Translations under genes and position numbers: made by a program | Notes under the pieces: model-generated | What the model saw: only the letters and a program-made list of their open reading frames with translations | What the model was told of the DNA's origin: nothing | Databases searched by the model: none | Assembly (NCBI GenBank): GCA_032718475.1 | Contig: JAUCBJ010000256.1 | Location: 1-64,000 of the forward strand | DNA length: 64,000 nt | From: Nemertoderma westbladi | Taxonomy: Eukaryota; Animalia; Xenacoelomorpha | Direction: 5' to 3' | Shown: one piece after another, positions 1 through 12,900 of the stretch | How the letters are laid out: each line of letters begins with the position of its first letter | Numbering within the stretch: position 1 is the stretch's first letter

Positions 1-3000
1 TTGGATCACCTAAGTTAGTTGTCAAAGTGTCAGCTTGTCTATGTCGATAATGATAATCGTCCAGTAAATATTCGGAAACATTACCACGCCAATCTAATGG
101 GAACCGTGTGTACCAACCCAATAGTGTTCTGCATGAGTATGGTTCATTCGGCGTCCATAACTTTGGTCGATATTCCAACACTCTGTGTGCATTGAATTGA
201 TCAGTGCCGATAATCATCGCTATATTGCGATAGTCTACACGATGTTCCGGTATGTGATGTTTCCTAAAATATTCCTTCTGCGTTTTATTTGGCATTGATA
301 CGGGTCCTAGCAACTGAGTAAAATCGCGTATGGCTGCGAACTTTAAGCAGTGAATCGGCAGCAAATTTTGTTCTATGTCTGACAACCCCTCCTTTGGTAG
401 TAAAGAGTCAATGGTTAACATGACATATTTAACAGTGACATCTCTGCGACCATGTAACGATCCTACATTCATTGTGGAGGACTCTAGTCGATCTACATCC
501 ACAACCACGCTAGCTATTTCCTCGTCTACATAGCTTTGATTTGAAGCATGGTCTAATAAACAATAAATGCGTTTCGAGCCGTACTTACCTTGGATCTTAA
601 TAGGTATTACGCTAAATGATGCTGACTGTGTCCGTGTAAGCAGGGTAGTGCTGGGTTCTGAATCGCAATCGGTCCTACCGTATTCCGACTCTGAGGTCTC
701 ACCACTATAATCCTCTTCACTTGATCCAGACTGATAATTATCATCGGTATGGCTAGTCTGGGCGAAAGTTACCTGGATCTTCCTGGTTTCATTTGGTCGA
801 ACTACCTTGGTCGGGTGGTCCTTCAAGTATTTCTTAGTTGGAGTGTGTTGAGGCGTGTGCAGCAACCTATGGTGTAACCTGCCGCAATCAGCACACCCAT
901 TACTTACATTAGTGGCAGTGCAGGCTCGGCGCTTATGGCCTACTGCCAAGCATTTCCAACAAGCGTCTAAAGATCTAATAACTAGACGGCGCTTGTCCAC
1001 GTCTAGCTTAGAAAATAGGTTACAACTCGCCAGTCTATGGTCATTAGACCTTTGAGTTAATTGGTGACAATATTGGCACCCTTTAAAATCCTCAGGCAAC
1101 TGTTGTATCTTAATTGCCTTCGGACCAATGGGTGATGCTACTTTACTAGTTTTGGCGCTATTTCCAAAACTACCTCCTGTACTAACTACCTTCTTTTCAG
1201 ATAAAGTATTATAGGTTGTATTATAATCCCCTGCACTAACCATTGTTCGATATTTAAGGGATTGTTTTTTGTTATAACCCAAATATTCCTCAGAATAATT
1301 AGATCGCAAGTCAGCTTCACCTTCTGCTGAGATGACGTCATAGATATGTTTGATGGACAGGGGTTCGCCCCTGGCTTCTACACGCCGTTCTATCCCTCTT
1401 ACCTTACGCCTATGTCGCACATCTAGTCGTCCCATTAAGGCTGCTAGAATGTCGGGTCTAGCGCCATAATGTTCACAACCGTAAACCGGTAAGATATTCA
1501 TAGCCGATTTAATAGCATCAGCTAGTTTTACTAACTCTATGGGTGTAGTACATAAGCCCCCCTTTGTCAATTCATCTACCACTGACCTGGCCATTTTGAC
1601 ATCTCCACCATAGGTGGTTACTAACCTGTCATAAGCCATCTGAAATGCATTATCATCTCCCATGAAAGTACTAACCAGTTCCTTTGGTTCTCCCCGTAAT
1701 AGTTGATATAAATATGAGAACTTTTCCTGGGATGTAAAATCTTGTGACGCCACACTAGCATCAATGTAGCTAATAAAATTTCTCCAATGTTTGGATATCC
1801 CAGTGAAACATGGTGGTTGTGTAGTTGGTAAACTTTGCCTTGCTGTAAATTTTGACAACTCAGTCGCAATCGCATTTACTGGTGCTGGATTTTCCACATC
1901 CACCCTAGGCGCTACAAAAGTGTGAGCAGTCTTGGACTTGGGTGTGATAGTTGGCGTTTTGCTGGGAGTGATTACCCTTGTTCGAATGCGCGGACTCTCC
2001 CCCACATAAACACCCTTATGGTTAATCGTTGGTTGACAATCCAATTCTTCTTCGGAATCGGTCCTGCAGTCTACAACTGGAGGTTTCAGTTTAGTCTCAG
2101 GGTGAACAGTCAGTTTCATGCCAGATAACTTGTTCTTTTCCATCTCTAGCTTGGCCCTCTCCATCTGCTCATGAACCTCCTTCACTGACCATCTCACCTG
2201 CTCGAATTCCTGGCTAACTTGACCTTGAACGCGTTGCACTCGCTCCTGCACTCCGTCGACTCGCTCATGAACCCCCACGACACGTTCCTGGACCCCATCC
2301 ACCTGCTGTTGTACATCCAAGATCTGGTCCTGAACATGCCTGACCTCGTTGATCACCCCACGGTTGCTCTCTTGGATAGCATCCTTCAATTGTTCTAATG
2401 AGATCTGAGGCTGGTTATTCGTTTCATTTGGAATATATTTCCCTTCACCTGGAGATTCATTCCATCTGCGAGGTTGCTCAACTTCCTTAGTCCTGAATTT
2501 TTCTTTGGACTCAACGTTCGATAATGGATTAGACGGCTCCGCTCCAATTGGTGATATAGGCTGGCAGGTCAAACATTTGCATCCCTGTGCGTGGTACGGA
2601 GACAGGTGGTCAATATGTCGGTGATCATTCGGAACACCTAAATCTGTTTGCCATTTGTCATTTGGTGAATTCAGAACATTTTCTGTTAGGTTGTACATAC
2701 CTGAACTCGCAAAAGGTGGAGCATTTCGCCGCCGATCTGACTCACCTCGAGGACGCCGCTCCACGATCACGCTAGGTGGGGAGTCATCCTCTGGCGGTAC
2801 CCAACCTTTACCAGCAAATTGTCGATGGAAGGAATCTATGAAGTGAACCTTGGACTCCATTCCATGCTTGTCATGAGTTCGGTTGAAGCGTTCTACTGAT
2901 GAAGCTACATGGTCAACCCCACTTAGTAGCGACTCCATTCGATTGCAGCGCCAAGTAGTTTGTGCTTCCTCAAGTTGGAGCGCTATACTCCGGCGGTTAT

Positions 3001-4351
3001 CCTCTAGCTCTTCTGCTTTCCGTCGACGCTCATCATCCCTAAATCGCTGTTGCTGTTGGAGCATAAGTTCCTCCTGTTTCTCACGCAGTTCAGCCTTCTT
3101 TCGTGCAAGTTCGCGCTCCCTTGTGATGCGCTGATTCTCCTCTGCTATACGCTGCATGCGAAGGCTTGACTCACTTTCAAGTTGTTTACGTTCAATGGCT
3201 GCCAGTTTATCCTTCTTAATCCGCTCCGTTTCCGCTAAAAGCTGGAGTCGTTCAGCTGTTACCTGTTCAGCTTCCAAGCGTGCAGTCTCGCGCTGTGCTT
3301 CACGCTCAGCTTCCTCGCGTTCGATCGTTAGAATACGTGCATATGCTTCCCGCTCTCCTTTATTAGCCTCCTCTAATGCTGATACATCTGGCACCTCCTC
3401 GGTGATACTGAGGCGAGAAATATCTGTAGTTAGTCGCTTTAGCTCTACTTCAGCTAACTCAGTGCTCTTTCTAATCTCCTCTTCCTGTTGAAACTGGATT
3501 TGGATTTGCTTCGCTCGGCGGCCATCTTCGCTCAGCCGCTTCAGCGTCACCAGCTGCGATGCTGTAACAGACTGCGAACTTACCGAGCTCGTTTGCCGAT
3601 ATCTACTCCGACCTACCTGTGAAGGGTTGCTATCTGCATCTGCAATATTCTCTCTAGTGGGTAAAGGCAGCCCAGCAACTACAACTCCCTTTTTCCTAAA
3701 GTATTGTTCTAACTCCTTCTGGAAATTCTGACACCATTTTACTAACTCAAACTCCTCAGAGTCAAAGGTGTCGGTGTCTACACCTTCTGTCAAACTACCT
3801 CGGTATTCCTGTCTAAGAGCGTTTACACGCTTATTTAATCGCAAAAAGTTGTCCCTAATCACTTGTAACTTGTCATATAGGGATGTTAGTAACTTACCTT
3901 GTCTCCGCCTTTCAGCGACTGTGACCAGTTCCTGCAGGTTAATGACCTGCTGTCTCAATGTCATGTTATATTTGTCAATTATTTCCCCTAGGTCAGCTGG
4001 ATCGTAAGCTGATTGGTCTAGTAAAGTTGTCAGCCAGTTCGTCACTTTGGTTACCTTACCCATGTAACCACCGGCACTCTTAGTAATAGCTGGACGCCTT
4101 AAGGAAGTGTCTGAATAGTCGCTACTGTCGGCGTCAGGAATTTCAGAGTCAGGGTGCTGTGTGTCGATTAGTGTGTGAGCACCACCCTCTGCTATTAATC
4201 CTTCAGTGGCAACGACACCTGCTGGTTGTGTGGCAGGCTCACTAATAGTCTCAGTGTCTGGTGTAACTGACACGTCAAGTTGCTGACTGAGTCCATCAGC
4301 TGTCTCGAAATCATCCGTTACCGGAACGTCTGTCTGGGATGTCTGACTCAT
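1..4351 (-). mobile_element. BEL/Pao-type LTR retrotransposon gag-protease polyprotein ORF (5' part; continues beyond left edge)
   Basis: Manual translation from ATG at 4351 (MSQTSQTDVPVTDD...). No minus-strand ORF ending in a stop is listed in this frame, consistent with it being open to the edge (~1450 codons). It has a long coiled-coil gag region, then three Cys/His knuckles at ~1080-855 (CQYCHQ...HRLASC; CWKCLAVGHKRRAC; CADCGRLHHRLLH), then a Pao-type aspartic protease (YCLLDHASNQSYV ... IIGTD ... RTLLGW). LTR and PBS not delimited. Confidence 0.88.
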
Positions 4352-6962
4352 TGTCAGGATAGGTTTGATTACTTAATTTATTTAAACAGTAGTCAAATTG
4401 ACTAAATGATGTGCGGTATATAATAAAATAGGTCAGCTTATAAAATAGGTAAGCTATTTATTACCGCGATGGGAAATATTATAACAATATCGCGGGTTAT
4501 ATATATATTCTATATATTTATAACTCAAAAAATATTCGAAATTTACCAACTTTCGAATTTCAAATTTACCGCGAAATATTGACTATCATAATAGATTTTA
4601 TGCTGTAATGTTTTTAAAATATTATATAATATATTTTATTTTAAATTTAAAGGGCCCCGCAAGGCATCAATGGAACTTTTCTGGGGAAATTGATGGTTTA
4701 CAAAAACGCGTGCTTACAAACACAAATTGTTGACACATTTGTGTTCAAAAAAAATCGGGAAAGTATAATAACATCAAAGTCTGATATATACCGGTACACC
4801 ACTATATACCTAGTATATATGTATATACAAACCAGCAGACTACCACAAAATTGATCTATAGATCTCACAAACATAGCTACTGACACTACGACCAACCTCG
4901 GACCCCTGAAGTCGCGTTTCTTCGAATGCCAAAGTAATCGTGGGTTGCGCGGACCACGAATGCACCGACGGATTTGGCGTCTCCGGGCTCCCGAACTCAT
5001 TTGCAGTGACTTTACCCGTACCTGTAAGTTGTATAGAGAAATCAGCGGTGGCCTGGCAGATTTACCCTACTGTAAATTACAAATTTTGTCCAAAATTGAA
5101 AGGCAAAATTAAATTCAAATTCGCCACAACCTGAATACAAAACAGAAAATCGAACTCACGATTCCAAAGATCACTTTGTTCTAGAATTTTATCAGTCAAA
5201 CTTTATCCAATTTTTTAACTTTCTAAAACTTTTATTTCAAAATTTTCTGAAAAATAAATTATTAAATAATTTTGCATTTACTACTGATAAATCCAACAGC
5301 AGCTAATCCAATACTGTTGAAAATCCATCCAAATGCAGCTACAGTTATTTGTGCTCAAATAGCACATATAACCCTGCTAAAATCCATACCGGTAATGATT
5401 GCAGAAAACACCCGCTACAAAGGGAAATCTAAATATTTTAATTTGATAATTTTCTACAACTTTCTGGCAATAATGCGAGATACCCACTCGCTTAAATAAT
5501 TTATTTTACAACAACCCAGTAATCCAGTTGGAATCCCGACTCGATCCGATCTGCAGTGTAATTCAAATAGTGGCGAGGTCCAAAACAATATTACATAATT
5601 TTATCCGAAAATATTCTAGAATGAAACCGTTTTATAGTTTTGCAATGTAAAAATGTATGTTTCTAGTAAGGGGGTTTTGGCATAGATAGATCAAAATAAT
5701 GTTTATCACCCTTTGGCTTTTGTTTGACGCAAGTATCGTTGTTCATCAAGCAGCAGGTAAGGGAAAAAGGGTAAACCTTGGCTTCGCTATACAAATGTAC
5801 CTGTAGGAATTGTGAAATGGGTTAAAATGAGATGAGAAAATAAAATACGGTTCCGTGATGATAAAAACTTATTTTTGTTCACCTCCCAAGACCGTAGGTA
5901 ACGATAGTAAGCCGAAACTTGGTATATATATTAATTTCTCAACGCCAAGCTAATCCCACAACAAACCATCAGGGCATGAATGAATAAAGCAAAATAAAAC
6001 CCAATGAACCCTCACAAAGAAGCTCACAAACTAGGGCGCTAATCCTGTAGTAACAATCAGGACGCACCTCCCGAACCTCCCTTATTTGGCTTAGCCTAAT
6101 CACACCGCACAATTTTTAGCTAGGCGCCTACACTTCACCACTTACCCCTGCTGCCCTGTTATCAGTCACAATTGACCTCATAACTTGACACCTGGTAGTA
6201 AATGCAAAGGGTAACAAAGTCAACTGTGCCCCTTTTTTGGGCCCCAAAATAAACGCCAAGCAACTAAATTACTATAATGCGGTTAATCTCCCCTATTTTA
6301 AAACAAATACAACGCTTACTGCAGTGGCTGGCCTGGTACAATAGTTCAACTTCAAACTTCCCTGATTTTGTTAGCTAACGCATCTCAGACTTTCCCCCTT
6401 TCACATTCCATAGGCCTGCGTCGGGCCTAGATGATCCCTACTCCATATCACAGGGATTCACCGCCTTCAAGGTTACAAGGTACGACAGCTGGACAGCACG
6501 GTCTGACGGTAGGCTCTGCACAGCACTGACCGCGGACTAGGTTTGAAAAGTCTGTATTGTTGATCAGCACATTGCAGAATATTAATAGGTATTACAAATT
6601 AATTAAATTTAAATTGTATAAGCAGTCAGGCAGCACCGGACCGGTACATATTCCAGTACAGCAGTACACAGGTACAGCAGCTGGCCTAATGCAAGACTGG
6701 CGTCCAATAGAAATGTAGCAAATGGCACCTTTTTTAATATATTTTTGGTGGGTTGTTTAAATAATACTTACCTAATGTTATTTGTAGGTATCGTTGCACA
6801 CATTTAGGTAATTTATACAGTAGATTTTAGATTTCTTACGACAATATGACTGACCATAATATATTATAAAATATCAAAAATTTTCTTGGTGCGTACCTAA
6901 AGATAACTAAGCTAATCTAATATCTTTCGATAAGAATATTACAATGGCGTGTACTCTCGCCA

Positions 6963-9900
6963 ACAGTGTGCATTCGGGAGAAGTTTGTTGAACTGCATTT
7001 ATGTGACAGTGTGCAATCGGGAGAAGTTTGGCGAACTGCATTTATGTGACAGTGTGCATCCGAGAGAAGTTTGGTGAACTGCATTTATGTGACAGTGTGC
7101 ATCCGGGAGAAGTTTGGTGAACTGTATTTATGTGACAGTGTGCATTCGGGAGAAGTTTGTTGAACTGCATTTATGTGACAGTGTGCATTCGGGGGAAGTT
7201 TGTTGAACTGCATTTATGTGACAGTGTGCATTCGGGGGAAGTTTGGTGAACTGCATTTATGTGACAGTGTGCATTCGGGGGAAGTTTGTTGAACTGCATT
7301 TATGTGACAGTGTGCATTCGGGGGAAGTTTGTTGAACTGCATTTATGTGACAGTGTGCATTCGGGAGAAGTTTGGTGAACTGCATTTATGTGATAGTGTG
7401 CATTCGGAGTAAGTTTGTTGAACTGCATTTATGTGACAGTGTGCATTCGGGGTAAGTTTGTTGAACTGCATTTATGTGACAGTGTGCATTCGGGAAAAGT
7501 TTGGCGAACTGCATTTATGTGACAGTGTGCATTCGGGGGAAGTTTGTTGAACTGCATTTATGTGACAGTGTGCATTCGGGAGAAGTTTTGTGAACTGCAT
7601 TTATGTGATAGTGTGCAATCGGGGTAAGTTTGTTGAACTGCATTTATGTGACAGTGTGCATTCGGGAGAAGTTTGTTGAACTGCATTTATGTGACAGTGT
7701 GCATCCGGGAGAAGTTTGTTGAACTGCATTTATGTGACAGTGTGCAATCGGGAGAAGTTTGTTGAACTGCATTTATGTGACAGTGTGTATTCGGGAGAAG
7801 TTTGTTGAACTGCATTTATGTGACAGTGTGCATTCGGGAAAAGTTTGGCGAACTGCATTTATGTGACAGTGTGCATTCGGGGGAAGTTTGTTGAACTGCA
7901 TTTATGTGACAGTGTGCATTCGGGAGAAGTTTTGTGAACTGCATTTATGTGATAGTGTGCAATCGGGGTAAGTTTGTTGAACTGCATTTATGTGACAGTG
8001 TGTATTCGGGGTAAGTTTGTTGAACTGCATTTATGTGACAGTGTGCATTCGGGAGAAGTTTGGTGAACTGCATTTATGTGACAGTGTGCATTCGGGGGAA
8101 GTTTGTTGAACTGCATTTATGTGACAGTGTGCATTCGGGGGAAGTTTGATGAACTGCATTTATGTGACAGTGTGCAATCGGGGTAAGTTTGTTGAACTGC
8201 ATTTATGTGACAGTGTGCATTCGGGAGAAGTTTGGTGAACTGCATTTATGTGACAGTGTGCATTCGGGGGAAGTTTGTTGAACTGCATTTATGTGACAGT
8301 GTGCATTCGGGGGAAGTTTGTTGAACTGCATTTATGTGACAGTGTGCATTCGGGGGAAGTTTGTTGAACTGCATTTATGTGACAGTGTGCATTCGGGAGA
8401 AGTTTGTTGAACTGCATTTATGTGACAGTGTGCATTCGGGGGAGGTTTGTTGAACTGCATTTATGTGACAGTGTGCATTCGGGGGAAGTTTGGTGAACTG
8501 CATTTATGTGACAGTGTGCATTCGGGGGAAGTTTGTTGAACTGCATTTATGTGACAGTGTGCATTCGGGGGAAGTTTGTTGAACTGCATTTATGTGACAG
8601 TGTGCATCCGGGAGAAGTTTGGTGAACTGTATTTATGTGACAGTGTGCATTCGGGAGAAATTTGTTGAACTGCATTTATGTGACAGTGTGCATTCGGGGG
8701 AAGTTTGTTGAACTGCATTTATGTGACAGTGTGCATTCGGGGGAAGTTTGGTGAACTGCATTTATGTGACAGTGTGCATTCGGGGGAAGTTTGTTGAACT
8801 GCATTTATGTGACAGTGTGCATTCGGGGGAAGTTTGTTGAACTGCATTTATGTGACAGTGTGCATTCGGGAGAAGTTTGGTGAACTGCATTTATGTGATA
8901 GTGTGCATTCGGAGTAAGTTTGTTGAACTGCATTTATGTGACAGTGTGCATTCGGGAAAAGTTTGGCGAACTGCATTTATGTGACAGTGTGCATCCGGGA
9001 GAAGTTTGGTGAACTGCATTTATGTGACAGTGTGCATCCGGGAGAAGTTTGGTGAACTGTATTTATGTGACAGTGTGCATTCGGGAGAAGTTTGTTGAAC
9101 TGCATTTATGTGACAGTGTGCATTCGGGGGAAGTTTGTTGAACTGCATTTATGTGACAGTGTGCATTCGGGGGAAGTTTGGTGAACTGCATTTATGTGAC
9201 AGTGTGCATTCGGGGGAAGTTTGTTGAACTGCATTTATGTGACAGTGTGCATTCGGGGGAAGTTTGTTGAACTGCATTTATGTGACAGTGTGCATTCGGG
9301 GGAAGTTTGTTGAACTGCATTTATGTGACAGTGTGCATTCGGGGGAAGTTTGTTGAACTGCATTTATGTGACAGTGTGCATCCGGGAGAAGTTTGGTGAA
9401 CTGCATTTATGTGACAGTGTGCATCCGGGAGAAGTTTGTTGAACTGCATTTATGTGACAGTGTGCATTCGGGGGAAGTTTGTTGAACTGCATTTATGTGA
9501 CAGTGTGCATTCGGGGGAAGTTTGTTGAACTGCATTTATGTGACAGTGTGCATCCGGGAGAAGTTTGGTGAACTGCATTTATGTGACAGTGTGCATCCGG
9601 GAGAAGTTTGGTGAACTGTATTTATGTGACAGTGTGCATTCGGGAGAAATTTGTTGAACTGCATTTATGTGACAGTGTGCATTCGGGGGAAGTTTGTTGA
9701 ACTGCATTTATGTGACAGTGTGCATTCGGGGGAAGTTTGGTGAACTGCATTTATGTGACAGTGTGCATTCGGGGGAAGTTTGTTGAACTGCATTTATGTG
9801 ACAGTGTGCATTCGGGGGAAGTTTGTTGAACTGCATTTATGTGACAGTGTGCATTCGGGAGAAGTTTGGTGAACTGCATTTATGTGATAGTGTGCATTCG

Positions 9901-12900
9901 GAGTAAGTTTGTTGAACTGCATTTATGTGACAGTGTGCATTCGGGGTAAGTTTGTTGAACTGCATTTATGTGACAGTGTGCATTCGGGAAAAGTTTGGCG
10001 AACTGCATTTATGTGACAGTGTGCATCCGGGAGAAGTTTGGTGAACTGCATTTATGTGACAGTGTGCATCCGGGAGAAGTTTGGTGAACTGTATTTATGT
10101 GACAGTGTGCATTCGGGAGAAGTTTGTTGAACTGCATTTATGTGACAGTGTGCATTCGGGGGAAGTTTGTTGAACTGCATTTATGTGACAGTGTGCATTC
10201 GGGGGAAGTTTGGTGAACTGCATTTATGTGACAGTGTGCATTCGGGGGAAGTTTGTTGAACTGCATTTATGTGACAGTGTGCATTCGGGGGAAGTTTGTT
10301 GAACTGCATTTATGTGACAGTGTGCATTCGGGAGAAGTTTGGTGAACTGCATTTATGTGACAGTGTGCATTAGGGAGAAGTTTGGTGAACTGCATTTATG
10401 TGACAGTGTGCATTCGGGGGAAGTTTGTTGAACTGCAATTATGTGACAGTGTGCATTCGGGGGAAGTTTGTTGAACTGCATTTATGTGACATTGTGCATT
10501 CGGGAGAAGTTTGTTGAACTGAATTTATGTGACAGTGTGCATTCGGGGGAAGTTTGTTGAACTGCATTTATGTGACAGTGTGCATTCGGGGGAAGTTTGT
10601 TGAACTGCATTTATGTGACAGTGTGCATTCGGGAGAAGTTTGGTAAACTGCATTTATGTGACAGTGTGCAATCGGGAGAAGTTTGTTGAACTGCATTATG
10701 TGACAGTGTGCATTCGGGAGAAGTTTGTTGAACTGCATTTATGTGACAGTGTGCCTTCGGGGGAAGTTTGTTGAACTGCATTTATGTGACAGTGTGCATT
10801 CGGGGGAAGTTTGGTGAACTGCATTTATGTGACAGTGTGCATTCGGGAGAAGTTTGGTGAACTGCATTTATGTGACAGTGTGCATTCGGGGGAAGTTTGT
10901 TGAACTGCATTTATGTGACAGTGTGCATTCGGGGGAAGTTTGCTGAACTGCATTTATGTGATAGTGTGCATTCGGGAGAAGTTTGGTGAACTGCATTTAT
11001 GTGATAGTGTGCATTCGGGGTAAGTTTGTTGAACTGCATTTATGTGACAGTGTGCATTCGGGAGAAGTTTGGTGAACTGCATTTATGTGACAGTGTGCAT
11101 TCGGGGGAAGTTTGTTGAACTGCATTTATGTGACAGTGTGCATTCGGGGGAAGTTTGTTGAACTGCATTTATGTGACAGTGTGCATTCGGGAGAAGTTTG
11201 CTGAACTGCATTTATGTGATAGTGTGCATTCGGGAGAAGTTTGGTGAACTGCATTTATGTGATAGTGTGCATTCGGGGTAAGTTTGTTGAACTGCATTTA
11301 TGTGACAGTGTGCATTCGGGAGAAGTTTGGTGAACTGCATTTATGTGACAGTGTGCATTCGGGGGAAGTTTGTTGAACTGCATTTATGTGACAGTGTGCA
11401 TTCGGGGGAAGTTTGTTGAACTGCATTTATGTGACAGTGTGCATTCGGGGGAAGTTTGTTGAACTGCATTTATGTGACATTGTGCATTCGGGAGAAGTTT
11501 GTTGAACTGCATTTATGTGACAGTGTGCATTCGGGGGAAGTTTGTTGAACTGCATTTATGTGACAGTGTGCATTCGGGGGAAGTTTGTTGAACTGCATTT
11601 ATGTGACAGTGTGCATTCGGGGGAAGTTTGTTGAACTGCATTTATGTGACATTGTGCATTCGGGAGAAGTTTGTTGAACTGCATTTATGTGACAGTGTGC
11701 ATTCGGGGGAAGTTTGTTGAACTGCATTTATGTGACAGTGTGCATTCGGGGGAAGTTTGTTGAACTGCATTTATGTGACAGTGTGCATTCGGGGGAAGTT
11801 TGTTGAACTGCATTTATGTGACAGTGTGCATTCGGGGGAAGTTTGTTGAACTGCATTTATGTGACAGTGTGCATTCGGGGGAAGTTTGTTGAACTGCATT
11901 TATGTGACAGTGTGCATTCGGGGGAAGTTTGTTGAACTGCATTTATGTGACAGTGTGCATTCGGGAGAAGTTTGCTGAACTGCATTTATGTGATAGTGTG
12001 CATTCGGGAGAAGTTTGGTGAACTGCATTTATGTGATAGTGTGCATTCGGGGTAAGTTTGTTGAACTGCATTTATGTGACAGTGTGCATTCGGGAGAAGT
12101 TTGGTGAACTGCATTTATGTGACAGTGTGCATTCGGGGGAAGTTTGTTGAACTGCATTTATGTGACAGTGTGCATTCGGGGGAAGTTTGTTGAACTGCAT
12201 TTATGTGACAGTGTGCATTCGGGGGAAGTTTGTTGAACTGCATTTATGTGACAGTGTGCATTCGGGGGAAGTTTGGTGAACTGCATTTATGTGACAGTGT
12301 GCATTCGGGGGAAGTTTGGTGAACTGCATTTATGTGACAGTGTGCATTCGGGAGAAGTTTGTTGAACTGCATTTATGTGACAGTGTGCAATCGGGAAAAG
12401 TTTGGCGAACTGCATTTATGTGACAGTGTGCATCCGGGAGAAGTTTGGTGAACTGCATTTATGTGACAGTGTGCATCCGGGAGAAGTTTGGTGAACTGTA
12501 TTTATGTGACAGTGTGCATTCGGGAGAAGTTTGTTGAACTGCATTTATGTGATAGTGTGCATTCGGGGTAAGTTTGTTGAACTGCATTTATGTGACAGTG
12601 TGCATTCGGGAGAAGTTTGGTGAACTGCATTTATGTGACAGTGTGCATTCGGGGGAAGTTTGTTGAACTGCATTTATGTGACAGTGTGCATTCGGGGGAA
12701 GTTTGTTGAACTGCATTTATGTGACAGTGTGCATTCGGGGGAAGTTTGTTGAACTGCATTTATGTGACAGTGTGCATTCGGGGGAAGTTTGTTGAACTGC
12801 ATTTATGTGACAGTGTGCATTCGGGGGAAGTTTGTTGAACTGCATTTATGTGACAGTGTGCATTCGGGAGAAGTTTGGTAAACTGCATTTATGTGACAGT

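Noticed and set aside
855-4007. Short plus-strand ORFs and minus ORF 1621-1875
   Set aside because: Antisense or alternate-frame shadows of the BEL/Pao polyprotein.
4935-4965. Candidate PBS/LTR boundary (minus strand CA-ttcg-TGGTCCGCGCAACC)
   Set aside because: Only partial resemblance to a tRNA-Tyr-type PBS and no second LTR in the window to confirm.
6990-7012. Resemblance of monomer segment ACTGCATTTATGTGACAGTG to the U1 snRNA Sm-site region
   Set aside because: Only ~20 nt with several mismatches, Sm site not preserved and no other U1 sequence; likely chance.
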